This document shows, piece after piece, positions 12,203 through 25,516 of a DNA stretch of 64,000 bases. Source of the DNA: Camelus dromedarius (Eukaryota); assembly GCF_036321535.1 (NCBI RefSeq), contig NC_087436.1:49168001-49232000 (forward strand). The letters run 5' to 3'. Made by a program: the position numbers and the translations under genes. The notes below the pieces were generated by a model. The model saw nothing but the letters and a program-made list of their open reading frames with translations, was not told where the DNA came from and did no database searches. Numbering within the stretch: the first letter of the stretch is position 1; every line of letters starts with the position of its first letter.

Positions 12203-12849
12203 ACTACTCACCATGACCAGTGGAGATTCAGCACTGGTGTGTGGTGTGTGAAAGAAGGTCAATGAGGCGTGTTCCAGGGGAAGCGGCCTCTGGCAGAGGA
12301 TTGTGAGGTTTACCTGAGTCCGATTTCCAGAAAAGCAGTGTTCTAGAAAACTGAAGCACATTGTGGGGAAAAAGTTCCCTAGAAATAGTAATAGGAGTCT
12401 TCAGGTAAGAGACATCCAGTCAGAGAGAAGGTGACATCCATACCTGAGGCCAACAATCAGTAATTATGGCCATCAAAAGCATTTTATGCTCTGGGATTTT
12501 GGTAGGTGTCTAGTGAGTCATGAAAAACATAGAAGATACAGAGGAATGCATGACTTAAAGGGAAAATAGGACAAGCGAACACACTGAATTGCTTTAAAAA
12601 AAAAAAACTTTGATTATAGAAATTTTCATACACAACCATCAAGGCATGAAACACTGGGAGTGCTGATAGTCTGGGTTTCTCACACATGGCTCCAGGTTCC
12701 AGGGCAGCTTCAGGACTGAATAGCTGTAGGGGAAGGCAGTGCCAAGGCTGTTTGTACGGATGCACAAGGTGATGGAGAGGAATTTGCAGGATGTGAGATA
12801 CCAGGGATCCGAAGTAACAAACATGATTCAAAAGAAATGAGGTGGTATG

Positions 12850-13070
12850 GCAAGGTGGTTAGAAGCTCTGAAGTCAAACAGAGTTCAACTGGCTTCCTAG
12901 GGCCATTACTTAGCTGTGTGAGCTTGGGCAAGATTTTTTTTTAAGCCTTAATCTCCTTTTTCTATGAAATGATTTTATCGATAGCATCTACTTATGGGTT
13001 TGTTTTGAAAATTAAATGCAATAATGTATACATCATTTAGGGGCACACAGTAAACGTCCACTAAATACTA
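12850..13070 (+). mobile_element. MIR
   Basis: gtggttagaagc...ccattacttagctgtgtgagcttgggcaag...aaattaaatgcaataatgtat. Confidence 0.8.
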
Positions 13071-13084
13071 TCTATTTCCCTTAT

Positions 13085-13345
13085 ACAAACTGATGACTGC
13101 ACATGGAGGAGAGAGAAAGAGGTGAGACAAGATGATTCAAGGTTTGGGCTAAGGATGCTGAGAAGATGCTGGTACCATTCATTCACCAAGAGTAAAGGTG
13201 GGGGTGAGGGTAGCTTACTTATTGGGGTGGGAAATGATGAGGTCAGTTTCAGGCTTGTTAAATTTGAGGTGGCAGTATGTGACACTAGCCAGCAAATCTT
13301 TATATGCTGGGGTAAGTTAGGTCTGGAGGTGACTATTAGAGATAC
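13085..13345 (-). mobile_element. L2 fragment
   Basis: caagatgattcaaggtttgggct and gtcagtttcaggcttgttaaatttgaggtg. Confidence 0.7.
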
Positions 13346-13349
13346 CATG

Positions 13350-13740
13350 TTCTTAGACCACTTAGATCAATCCTAGGTGAGCACCTGACCCTTTCCTTTG
13401 ACTGGACCCACAGTCAAAATTGATTTATTTAAGACCCAAGCCTAAGTGGAGTCAATTAATATCCTGTCTTAAAGATTTGGAATTGAGACCAAGACATTGT
13501 AGCCCTTCCTTCTCTCTGTAACAAAAGAAACATAAATTCAGTCTGCATGAAGGAAAATGAAATAGATACAGAGAGAAAGAAAACAAAATGAGCAAAAGAG
13601 AAAAAAGGCCATGTTTTGAGTCTCTGATCACAGATGTTCCTAAGGCTCAGCTTCATTCTTGCCTGGCATTAATTACATTAAATGGCTTTTACATTTTTAT
13701 GTTGGTTCAAGTTAGGTTTCTATCACTACTCCCGGCTGAT
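13350..13740 (+). mobile_element. Old MLT1 LTR fragment
   Basis: gagcacctgacc...ctgatcacagatgttcctaaggc...caagttaggtttctatcact. Confidence 0.5.
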
Positions 13741-16184
13741 CCCAACAAGCTACATGGAGGTGATAATTGCAGGGGTTTTTTTGGAGTGAATGACCTCCCT
13801 GAGGAAACAGGAAGAAACCCTGGAGGTGCAGATCAAGAAATGAGAGTAAAACTAGCCTAGTATTATGGGTGCCTTAGGAGCCAGGGCAGGGATGGAGGGT
13901 AAATGGACAGCTGCATTGAATGCTACAGAGTGCTCAAGGAGGGTGGGATTAAAGGAAAGCCCACTGACCTGAGTTTTCAATTTTAAAGTTTTTAATTAAA
14001 ATTTAATTTTTTTTGAGTTACCACTACCACTTTAAAGTGAGTGGTAGAGTGAGTTATCACTCCACCATTTTAAAGGTGTCTACCATTCTCAACAGATTAC
14101 CTGTCATGAAAACTAAGTTAAAACCTTTTGAAGCTTGGCAAATAGTGTTTCTCCTTTATAAGTCTTCTTAGCACACATGTTGAGTATATCTGTGTTTAAT
14201 TTAGAACTGTTGGGTAAATGGGTTGACTGCAGTAAATCTACATTGGTTATGGTTCAAAATAATCTGATCTTTAGTGGCAGGGGCTGAGTTACTTAGTCTT
14301 GAATCAGCTCAGAAACAGGTGAGAGTGACATCATTGTGGCCACTGTAAAAGGCAAGAGAAGAGGTATTTTAGGCTGCTTCAGCAGGACTAGCGTGGAGAC
14401 CTCTACTGAAGGGAGCAGCCCCTGATCGGAAGGAAGGGTGACCTAGAAGAATGAAGCTGATTTGAGACAGGCTTCTCTGAGAAGGAAGAAATACTCAAAC
14501 AGGTGCGTTGAGTACATTGGAGCTTTTGACAACTGAGTAACAAAGTAGAAAATTGTATACCTTTTTAAACACTAAGATTTGATTTAAAATAAGAGTGAAC
14601 CCCCTTTGAAAGGTAAGGCTGAGGGATGGTAGGGGCACCCATATTAAGAAACATGGAACCCCTCTTTTCCCCCTCCTTTTTGTTTTTTGTGTTACTATGT
14701 GGTTCCATGTCTTTGTATTTAATAAGAAAATTAACTGGTTTGTTTTGAAAAGTGTGTACGTGTGTGTGTTTTAGAATATTAGTATGTTTTGCTTACCCAG
14801 ATTTACATTTCTAGATCCAGGCCTAGATCACTATGCCTTGTCCACTAGTCATAAAGAGGCACTTTTTCCTAGAAAGTCTGCTAGAAGCCCTGACTGATGG
14901 TCTAGAGGAGATGTCCCCCAGTAGTTCCAGAGACACTGCAAGTCCCTTGGAGTCACAGCTGGGATCAGAAGGGAGAAAACTCCATCCTAGGTTTCTCTGT
15001 AACACACCTGGGACCTATCTGGAGAGAAGGTAGGGGCACATAACTTACTCATCGAAAATACGAGTCGCAATTGGAACTATATGTCCCTACTGACCTGCCC
15101 TGCCCTCAGGACAAAAGGCCTTATTGCCTTCATCCCCAGCTTCTTTATCTGTTCCTTTTGGACCCTAAGTTCAGTAAAATCCCAAAATCTTTTGCCAAAG
15201 AAGTGATGGGTGCACTGGGAGGATGTGGCCTTCCAAATGATGATTTAAAAAATCAGCAGTACAGAAAAGTGCCTTCTGACAAGTTAGGTGAAGGGAAACT
15301 AAATACAAAGTAGCATTGATTATGATTAAAATAAGGTTAAAAAGTATACATGTGGACAAGCTGAGGCAGGTGATTTATTAGAGTGGTGGGCAGCTGGGTG
15401 ATTTTTTAAAAATTTTTGTCGATGTTATACTATTATGAGTGTAACAAATTTAACCAAAATTGATGGAGGTGTAGCAAGTGATGGTTTTTTGTCTGAACGA
15501 CAATACAAACATCTTAACCTTAACCATGCTCATAATCACTGAATCAGTGGCCCAAGTCCAGATTCTTGTGAGCCAAGCAGTTATATGGGGTGATGGAGTG
15601 GGGAGGCCTCCCAGCCCAGGATGAGAGCCAAGGGAGCTTGGGAAGGGTAATAGGATCACTTAAGTGAGCTTTCTTTCTCCATAAAGGGAAGCTAATAGCT
15701 AAACTCTGAAGTTGGGCTCTTCAGAAGTTATATGAGTAACTGGGTTCATGGCTAGTTAGAGAAAAAGATATATGTCAATTTCTTCTGGGAAACAGTCCAC
15801 GAAGCTAAACAATAAGGATGGTCTAGTGATGATAAATTGTGCATAGAAAATTGACCAGAGGAAAATGAAATTTTTTTTCTTGGAAGGAGATGGGTCTAAC
15901 TTACTGGAGATATATGTGTTCTGCAAAAGCAATTAGAATCAGTCCTTGAGAGATGGCCAATTCAGCTAGAAAGCAGGAAGTTTCACTTCCCTCGACTAAA
16001 TGATGTAGATGAAAACACGGCCACTCTATGCCTGTCTGTCTCCAACGAGCATTTGTTTTGCATGTTAAACTTTAAGAAGACACAGCAATAACCCCTGAAA
16101 TCACAAAGGCTCTAGCTTAGAAGACTCAGACAGCTTCAGCCGTCCACAATGTATGTTGAAATATTTGTATCTGAGTGAATCTAA

Positions 16185-16930
16185 TGGTGAAAAGCACAGA
16201 CTTTGGAGTCCCAGAGATGTGGGCTTGAACTCCACGTTTTACTCTGCATGATCTTGGGCAACATCTCACTTAAAACTCTCGAGTCTTTTTCCTCCTCCAC
16301 AGAATGAGGATAAGAATACTCTCTTAGAGACCATTGTGTTGTATTGAGGGAAATCTACTGAAGGTAATTTAAGAAGAAAGGAGAAATCATTGTAAGAATC
16401 CAGGCTGTCTCATGAACCCCCAAGGACAGGCAGTGTGTCAGACCTCATCAGCAAGTGAATCCAGGAACTGAAATACAGCCAGGCCATCAGTGGGACTTCT
16501 GAGTCAGTCAGTCTCTCTTAAAGCCAAACAGTCTTTGTCTGCATCATTCTTCATTCTCCCCAAAGGCTTGCAAATGGATCCAACATGGCCTCTCCATCAG
16601 ATGTTATCCATTCTAATGCCCAACAGGGACCAACCTGGTTTATCTCTATCCAACTGCAAATTCCTAACAATAAGAATTTGAGTGGCATCGCCCACCTGAT
16701 GTCAAGTGTTCAGCTCTGGTCTAGTCAAGTGTGACCTGGTGGATCAGGATCTTGTCATATGAAAGTCAACCCCTTCCTGAAATGTGATGATAAGCATGTG
16801 GGAGTAAAGAGAAGATGATACGCATCTCTAGAAATGAAACTTGACTTGCTAGGGACGGTATGAGGACCAGATGAGATAATGTATGTGAAGCATATAGAAT
16901 AGTGCCTGATGTGTGGCTCAGTACATGGAG
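16185..16930. mobile_element. MIR (+) interrupted by an old MLT1 LTR (-)
   Basis: MIR head at ~16185-16340, MLT1-like middle, and MIR tail (tgaggaccagatgagataatgtatgtgaagc) at ~16860-16930. Confidence 0.55.
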
Positions 16931-17200
16931 TCTGTGAAACAAACACAGCTGATAGGCAAGGGCCATAAAATCCCATCCACTTGATCTTTGAAATTACATT
17001 TTGCTGTGCCCGTCATCAGAGAAGGAAGCTCACAGAAACATTAGTTATGTGACATCTATGAAAAGTTACTTTCTTGACCAGAGTGGCCACTAGGAGAGGG
17101 AGCTGCCCCTGCAGCTGATGTCACTGTGATCGAGTTCTTCCATCCTGGTGAACATTCACACCCCGTCTCTCATCTTTGTGGTCTCATTTGAGTTTCCCAT

Positions 17201-17437
17201 ATTTTTTTTTTAATTGAAGTACAGTTGATTTATGATGTGTTAATTTTTTGGTGTACAGCATAGTGATTCCATTATACATATATATTTATTCTTTTTCATA
17301 TTCTTTTTTATTATAGGTTATTACAAGATACTGAATATAGTTCCCTGTGCTATACAGTAGGACCTTGTTGTTCATCTCTTTTATATATAGTAGTTAGTAT
17401 CTGCAAATTCCAAACTCCTAATTTATCCCTCCCACCC
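17201..17437 (-). mobile_element. Young cetartiodactyl/camelid L1, 3' end
   Basis: Poly-T, attgaagtacagttgattta...gaatatagttccctgtgctatacagtagg...tttatccctccca. Confidence 0.9.
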
Positions 17438-18724
17438 AAATATGTTTACTGTAAGTAAGTAGATGGCTACTTGAAAAGCTACCTAGCAGAATGACAAAAT
17501 TATCTGGATATTTTCCTTGAGTTTCTGTAAAAGACACGTGGCCACTGACTAAATTTTGTTGTTAAATTGCTTTCTCCTCTTGCATTGATTTTAATGAGAT
17601 TATAGAGCATCAGAGGCCCAAATAAAAGCTCTTTGCTTTAACATTGAAGTGGTACTTACTCTTCCCCAGCACCTCTTCTCCGACTTTGAGGAAGTATCCC
17701 GCTGCAGAAAGAAGTCAGTCTCCCCAAAAAACAAGCTCAGCTGAAATAAAAGCTCCTACCTGAGATGGGCTATTTCATTCCTGCTTAAATCAGGTTGTCT
17801 ATTTTTAGAATTTAAACGTCCCCTTTAATTAAAGAAACATTATGAAATGGGTATGAATGCACTTTTTCTCCTGCACCTGCAGCAGTTGTGTTGTCCAGAG
17901 GTGGTGCTATTTATAAAAGAAAAATGATCCCAATAAACTTGAGTTCTGTACTTGATTTTGTATACTAGGAAACTTTTTGAAAAATTCAAAAACCCAAATA
18001 CACTGAATAGTTTCTCTTTGACATGTGTTGAATTTATTATTGTACCAAATTAAAGAAATGCCTCAACTTGCTGAACTGCCAGGTTTTAAAACTGAAAAAT
18101 ATAAGTAAACACAAAAAGTTAACTGCTCTGAAAGATTTTTAATTATTTCATATTTGTGGAAGACATTACCTAATGCATTTCCTTTATTCACTTGCAGCTT
18201 TCACACTTTACCTTTCAAGGCTAAGTTCTCTTCCTTTAGTCTAAGGTCAATATTTATTTCAGAAGCAAGGAAGTTGTCAGGAGATATCTCAAAGAAAACC
18301 ATGATGACAGGTTATGAGGAGTAACATACATCGTGTACATGTCAGTGAAGTGATGATGGCTACCTCTGGTTTGAGGCTGAAGAATTTGGGGGAGAAGTCC
18401 AGTCTTTAGCCTGGTTTAGGATCACATCCGGAACCTCTATTTGTCCTGCCTGGATCCAGTCCACTCTGTTACAGACTTCCTCAGATTACCCCAGAGGGCC
18501 TTCATGAGATGAACTTCGAGGTCCCTCCACTGCTGGGGAGTAAAGATAATATGATTTCATGGTGGATGCATCACATCTCACTAACAGGTTCAGGATTGCA
18601 CGAACTTTGTGGAAGATACCAGTGGGTTATTAATAGCTAGTGCTGGGTAAAGATAGAGTGAAGGTACCAGAGCTTCATTGCGATGCTGGACGACACTGCT
18701 CTGGGCCTTGCATAAATGGCCCAC

Positions 18725-19100
18725 TAGCTTCTTAACTCAGACTTCTTTCCTGAGCCTGACCTCTGTATCCAGCTGCCTCTTAGACATCTCCAACTGGAAA
18801 GTGAGCAAGGCTCAGCATGTCCAAAAATTGAACATATGGTTTTCCTTTCCAAAACCATACATCTTCCACTGGTGAATGGGTTCCAGCCTCCGTCCACCTG
18901 CCTAAGCCAGAAATCTAGGAGTTACTCTTCACAGTTCCTCTTCTATTCATTCGCCTCCATATCCAGTTTCACTCAGTCGTGTCAATTCTGCCTCCCAGTA
19001 AATCTTGACTGTGGTTTGCACTACTCTTGCATTCCTTTTAAAGTCCATCACTTATAGTATTTTCTTCTCTCAATTGAAGTCATGATTAGTTTCCTAAAAG
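18725..19100 (+). mobile_element. L2 fragment
   Basis: tatccagctgcctcttagacatctccaactgga...agcatgtccaaaaattgaac...caagccagaaatctagg-like motifs. Confidence 0.7.
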
Positions 19101-19284
19101 TGAGCCATTAAAAAATATATACAAATAAATTTTCCACAAGAAAAACAGCAGTGTCAGTGAATATATTATTCACTGGAGTACTGTGAATAATAAAAACAGT
19201 TTTTAGAAAAATTAATATATGGAGTGTTTTTTCATGAAAAAAATGTTAATGACTATGACCAAACAAGCCACTGATTTAAGCTCT

Positions 19285-19565
19285 GCCCTCCTCAAATGCT
19301 AACATGCTTATAGATCACCTAGTGATCTCGTTAAAATGCAGATTATGGGGGAGGGTATGGCTCAGTAGTAGAGAGAAAGCTTAGCATGCAAGAGGTCCTA
19401 TGTTCAATCCCCAGTATCTCCATTTAAAAAAGTAAAAATAAAAATAAAATGAATTGCAGATTCTGATTCAGTTGGTCTGGGGTAGAGCCTGAGATTCTGT
19501 ATTTCTAACAAGCTCCAAGGTGATGTTGAGGCTGCTGGTTAGAAGACTGTCCTTTCAGCAGCAAG
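19285..19565. mobile_element. MER5A-like hAT element split by a SINE
   Basis: gatcacctagtgatctcgttaaaatgcagatt | SINE | gcagattctgattcagttggtctgggg...tttctaacaagctcc. Confidence 0.8.
19347..19450 (+). mobile_element. Camelid tRNA-derived SINE (short form)
   Basis: ggggagggtatggctcagtagtagag...gttcaatccccagtatctcc plus A tail; TSD aa(a/t)tgcagatt. Confidence 0.9.
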
Positions 19566-20321
19566 ACTTCCGCTGTACTGCTCTCAGTTTTGTCCATTTG
19601 CACTTCGAGGAATTCTTTCCCCAGATCATCTCTGTCTTACTGAGGGACATTTCAAACCTGGCTCTTAAATATTAGCAACATCATTCTGATGCTTCCCCTC
19701 TGGTGAAGTAGCCTCTTAGTAGAGATGACCTATTCACATTTTCTCATTGTAAATAGTAACCTCTATTTTTATAATAGGTGTAAAACCTTCAATTTGCACG
19801 AATCCCAGTGACTTTAAATGACATTTGACTGATATATAAACTCTTAAAAGATTAAACAATCAGAAACAAAAACAGCCCTCTGGGAATATGTGTGTTTATA
19901 GAGCAAGGCCTTGAAAACACCTCAGCAGCAACTGAGAAATCACTTCGCATCATCCTTAGTGACTCTCAGCATGAGAACTTGTGTTGCCAGCAAAAGACTT
20001 CAAAACTGTTGTAGGGGAGTATGAACCATGTTATCCTGGCAGTAACACAGCAGTATTTTGCCTAAAACAGTTGTGAATTTTTTCATCACTTTACTCTGAA
20101 AACTTAAGAGGTATTTTAAGAGTTGCAAAATTTGATATTTTCTTGAGACAGAATTGTTATTTTTTTTATGCAAATAAGATCATGCATGTCTTCAGCTTGC
20201 TCTTTCTCCACTTAACAGTGATCTTGGGCATCCTTACGTATTAGTACATGATATTGTTTTTAACTTATGCTTTTTGATACCTGTGTATCAAAACCTTTAT
20301 TTTTGTATATTTGTATGCATT

Positions 20322-21226
20322 TTTTAAATTGAAAAATTTTATTGAAGTATAGTCAGTTTACAATGTTGTGTCAATTTCTGGTTTACAGTATAATGTTTCA
20401 GTCATACATACACATACATATATTCCTTTTCATATTCTTTTTCATTATAGGTTACTACAAGATATTGAATATAGTTCCCTGTGTGCTATACTATAAACTT
20501 GTTATTTATCTATTTTAAATATATAGTAGTTAGTATCTGCAAATCTCGAACTCCCAATTTATCCCCTTCTACCCCCTTTACCCCCTGGTAACCATAAGTT
20601 TGTTTTCTATGTCTGTGAGTCTCTTTCTGTTTTGTAAGTAAGTTCATTTGTGTCTTGTCTTTTTTTTTTCCCCCCCAGATTCCACATATGAGTGATATCA
20701 TATGGCATTTTACTTTTTCTTTCTGGCTTACTTCACTTAGAATGATGATCTCCAGGTCCATCCATGTTGCTGCAAATGGCATTCTTTTATTCTTTTTTAT
20801 GGCTGAGTAGTGTTCCATTGTATAAATATACCACAACTTATTTATCCAGTCGTCTGTCAATGGACATGTAGGTTGCTTCCATGTCTTAGCTATTGTAAAT
20901 AGTACTGCTATGAACATTGGGGTGCATGTACCTTTTTGAATTAGAATTCCCTCCAGATATATGCCCAGGAGTGGGATTACTAGATCATATGGTAAGTCTA
21001 TTTTTAATTTTTACAGGAATCTCCATACTGTTTTCCATAATGGCTGCACCAAACCACATTCCCACCAACAGTGTAGGAGGGTTCCCTTTTCTCCACATCT
21101 TCTCCAGCATTTATCGTTTGTGGACTTTTAAATGATCGCCATTCTGACTGGTGTGAGGTGGTACCTCGCTGTAGTTTTGATTTGCATTTCTCTGATAATT
21201 AGTTATATTGGGCATGTTTTCATGTG
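20322..21226 (-). mobile_element. Young L1, 5'-truncated (ORF2 C-terminus and 3'UTR)
   Basis: ORF 20510-20917 (MFIAVLFTIAKTWKQP...PFAATWMDLE) is the L1 ORF2 C-terminus; TSD tatttgtatg(c/t)att. Confidence 0.95.
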
Positions 21227-21999
21227 TATTTGTATGTATTCTGAAATTGTATTTAAAATCCTTTTGACCTGAGGTAGAGATTTCTTACCCATTAACTGAA
21301 AAAAATTAATCAGTTGCATGACTTTAAATTACATGGCTTTGCTAAACACTTTCTGAGTATTTCCTCTATACCAGATACTGTACTGACTGCTTTACAAACA
21401 TCATTTCATTACATCCTGAGGCTAAACCTAATGTAAGGTGTTGTAAAGCTAATATTCAGAAGTGAGTCACTGCTCCCCTCCCAGCTCTTCCCAAACTCAT
21501 CCTGCCTTCACACTCAGCTTTATGGTTCCTTTCTTGTCCTAGCATTTGCAGGGAAGACAACAATACCTTATTTCTTATGAAATATGATTCTATAAAGAAC
21601 TTTATACTTACTTGCTTATTGCTAATGACAGAGGTGAAGAGAAAGAGAAAACAGACTAGGAAAATCATCCGGAATAGACTGAAGAGGCAACTGTCATATT
21701 TGGCAAGTGGTTCAGATCAGCACCACAGTTGAATTTATCACCGTGAAAGGATTGCTACGGGCATTCCAGTTTGGGTGCAAAAGCTGTTGAAGTGGAAGAG
21801 AAAGATTTAATAAAAAATTTAGTTATTTAACTTATGGTTTTTAGACAGACACAGGATAGGAATCTCCAAATGGAAATGGAAAGTTATTGGGAGAAACCAG
21901 GCACTTCTGTAGACACCACCGTATTCATCAGGTTGGTCACTTGCAGGACGATCCCCTGGAGAATGTCCAAGGCCTGCTGCGCAGATCTCTGTCCCCTGT

Positions 22000-22690
22000 G
22001 GCACTAATCTAGTGCAAGCCCTCGTGATTCTTCGTCTGCGCTACTGCAGTAGACTCCTCTTTGGTCTCCCTGCCTCCAATCTTGCTGCTCATCCCTGCCC
22101 CAACCCAACTCATTTTCCACACTGGCAACAGAATCACCTTGTAAAATGCAGATCTGACTCTGTCAATCCTTCAAATCCTTCAGCGACCCTATGCATCATG
22201 TACAGGGTAAAGTCTCAGCACCTCTTTCGACCAAGTTCCCCACAGCCTGGCCTCTCTGCTCTCTTCACTCCCTCTACCTGAATCCTTGCCTTGGTGCTCC
22301 AGAAATACCATATTGCATTGGGTTCCCCAAATATATGAGGCCACTTTATCCCTTGTGGGCCGTGGCCTACACCACCCCTTTCCCTTGGAATCACTACAAC
22401 ACTGTGGGCATCCATCTTGCTTACTTCTTGTCCTCAGAACCTAGCGCAGACTTACAATATGTATGGAATAAACGCTCCTTTATTTCTGCTCCCACCTCCT
22501 CTGTGTTACCAACTGCTCCACCTAGCACAAATCTCAGGCAGTGTGTTTTTTTCCTCGTGTTGTAATTATTTATGTCCCTGTCTTCCCCCACTAGATAGTG
22601 AAGGGGTTGAAGTTCATAACTGAAGACAATTTCCTATTCATCTTTGCAGGGTAAGTATTTAGCACAGGGCCAAACAGGGCTCAGGAATTT
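22000..22690 (+). mobile_element. L2 3' region
   Basis: ctactgcagtagactcctctttggtctccctgcctcca, aaaatgcagatctgac and tttatgtccctgtcttcccccactaga. Confidence 0.75.
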
Positions 22691-24463
22691 TTTTTACATA
22701 AGTTCCAGTATATGAATTTTCTCTTCTGCACATTTATTTCTTTTCAGATAACTTCCTCAAGGTGGGATCCCTCAGCTAAAAGGTATAAACCTATTTTGGG
22801 GCCTTAACATATTACCAGACTGCTCTCAAGGGTTCATCAAGTGAATGTTTGTTCACTTTAGAGTGCCAGCAGAGCCCTGTGAACGCATGCATTTCTACCA
22901 CAACTTCATTCATATCAGTCTATTGTTTTATATAAATACTCATCATCATTTGTTACATAATCTAGGAGGGTTATGTGTGTGGCAAATGGTGAAGCAGGTT
23001 GTTTTTAGACACGTCTTCAGTGTTTCTAAGCTGCTTACTGCGAAAAGAGAAAGGAAGAATCCGGAAGAGAGAGGCAGGAGCCTCCAGGGGCGGCTGGGAG
23101 GTGAGCAGAGACTGCGTACATTTCTCTGCATTCTCCGACACTTGCATTGTATTGACTTATTTTAACTGTTAACAGTCCAACCCTGTGCACACACAGAACA
23201 GGTCACTGTTGCAAAATGAGTTGGTTTGTTATGCACAAGATTAACCTAGAGAGTAAGTTATCCTTAATTGGGATGAATAATTGAGGCCAAAACCCTTCTC
23301 GACTTTTCCCAATCTCCTCAAGCAGCTTCCCAATGGTTTCTCACGTTCATGGATAATTTCTGACTTTAAGACATCTGAGTTTGCTTAATTAATGCTATTT
23401 GAATAATACTTATATCCTCATTGGCATCGACTTTGAGAGCCATTCGGGGTAGGAAACACTTCTAAGTGACTTGGTCTCAGACACACGCTGAAAACATACG
23501 TTTTGAGGAACGGACTGAGGTCTGAGTGTTTGGAACAGAGCCTCTCACTGGTTATTTCTGCACGCATCCTGTGATAGTAATAAAGCGCAGAGGAGGGTGG
23601 GAGAGAGACGCGCCACGCAGGGCCGAGGGAAGCGCATGTCAACTCTTCCAGCTCTCATCACACCTCCTGGGTGGACAGCACATCACATTTGGCTGGGGCT
23701 GAAAAGCAAAATCCTATATCTAATGAGCCAATAAGATGCCTAGAGCACCAGTGGGCTTGGGGAGGCTTGACTTTCCACTAAGCTAAAAGCCGGTAATTGA
23801 GCCTGGGTGCCAGCTGAGACCAGGAGGTTTCTGCTGAAAGAGCAGTGGCTTTTACCATTTTTTTTTTTTCCTTTTTCCTCTCTCATGTGCAGCCAGCTTC
23901 TGATGAGGACGCAGATTCTCCCAGGAGCCAACTGCTTCACCTAAATTATTTTGATTAACCCTTAACTCTGAGAGTCTCAATTTACTGACAGACCACATTA
24001 ACAGCAGTGCTCCTGTGTGAATGCCTGAGGTGGGAAGTGATAAACCAGGTCTAATGCCAGGGGATGAGGTTGAGCCTTTTTTTTTTTTTTAAAGCTTGAA
24101 ATAGAATTGTAACTATTTCTGCTTCAGAAATGTGCAAGGGAAAGGAAAAGTGTAGCATGAAAGACTATTTTATATAACTTTAAGCTAATCTCTCCCTTCA
24201 AGTGGCAAGTTTAGCTCTGATATTGTTTTTAGTGGGGATGTTTTTAAAAACACATTGAAGGGACCCCACTCCTTGATCATGTCCTTAAACAATTTTCATC
24301 GTATCTCTGGCCCCTCACTCCCATAGGCTTCACTATGTATACCTGTGTTACAGTTGCTTCTGCTGGGTGTTTTACCGGAATGCTTTCTTGAGCTTTTGGG
24401 GCTGGTGGTGGAGAGTTGTTTGGGGCATTTAAGAAACCTAAAACACAACAAAACAAACATAAT

Positions 24464-24803
24464 TGTCTCAGTCCACTCAAGCTGCTATAACAGAATGCCA
24501 TAGGTGGAAGTGGCTTATAAGCAACAGAAATTTATTTCGGAGTTCTAGAGTCTTGCTAAGTCCAAGATCAAAGCACTGGCAGACTCAGTGACTGATGAGA
24601 GCTTAATTCCCGGCTCATAGATGGCTGTCTTCTCAATGTCCTCATACTTGGGGTCTGTTTTATAAGGGCACTAATCTCTTTCCTGAGGGCTCCACCCTCT
24701 TGACCTAATCACACCCCAAAGATCCCACCTCCAAACCCCACCACATTGAGCATTAGGGATTAATATATGAATTTGAGGGGGCACAAACTTCCAGTCTCTA
24801 GCA
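24464..24803 (-). mobile_element. MLT1A-like solo LTR
   Basis: tgtctcagtcc...gctgctataacagaatgccata...cagaaatttattt...tataagggcactaat...gacctaatcac. Confidence 0.9.
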
Positions 24804-25236
24804 ACCATGATAGACTAGTTTAATGAGTCTCTAGCAATTATGAAAACGAGTTCAACTACACTCTTGGACATAGAAGGCTAGTAATGTGATGACTTTTGAG
24901 CTTGACCAGAATCTGGATTCTATAGTATGAGGTATGATAAAAGGAATCGATGATATGGCCAAAATCCCCTGAGATTTTGGTAGATTTTTTTTCAAGACGT
25001 ATACAGTGAAATTCAAGAAAGCATCCTATAATGATTCATCTGTCAAGTTCAATATATAGCTGTGATTGCACAGCCCCAAATTTCACAGACAGTAGGCAAA
25101 TTTACGTGGTGATGGGCCATTATGACCTAGGTAAGTGTATTATGTTACAGACTAGAGAAGCTATGTCAATCTTTTCCATTTTATTTGCAAAGAGGTTTTA
25201 TGCCACATTACTCGTTTTTCATTTTAAAAATGTCTG

Positions 25237-25516
25237 TAGAGAGACTCACAGACATAGAAAACTAATTTATGGTTACTAATGGGGAAAGAGGGTGGGGAAG
25301 GATAAATTGGGAGTTTGGGATTAGTAGATGCACACTACTATATATAAAATAGATAAACAACAAGGTCCTACTGTATAGCACAGGGAACTATATTTAATAT
25401 CCTGTTATAAACCATAGTGGAAAAGAATATGGAAATGTATAAATGTATGACTGAATCACTTTGCTGTATACCTGAAACTAACACAAAACATTGTAAATCC
25501 ACTGTACTTCATTTTT
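25237..25516 (+). mobile_element. Young L1 3' end
   Basis: gactcacagacatagaaaa...gtcctactgtatagcacagggaactat; flanked by the direct repeat ttttaaaaatgtctg (25222-25236 and 25513-25527). Confidence 0.92.

Noticed and set aside
14810..14910. Cluster of six CTAG tetramers
   Set aside because: No regular period or extended similarity; plausibly chance.
17083..17910. CTCF-like motifs (tggccactaggagaggg; gtccagaggtggtgcta)
   Set aside because: Each deviates from the core consensus in spacing or key bases; not supportable by eye.
20510..20917. ORFs with recognisable protein similarity (also at 38380, 42196, 42821, 47853, 50599, 56059)
   Set aside because: All are L1 ORF2 remnants within truncated elements, not host genes.
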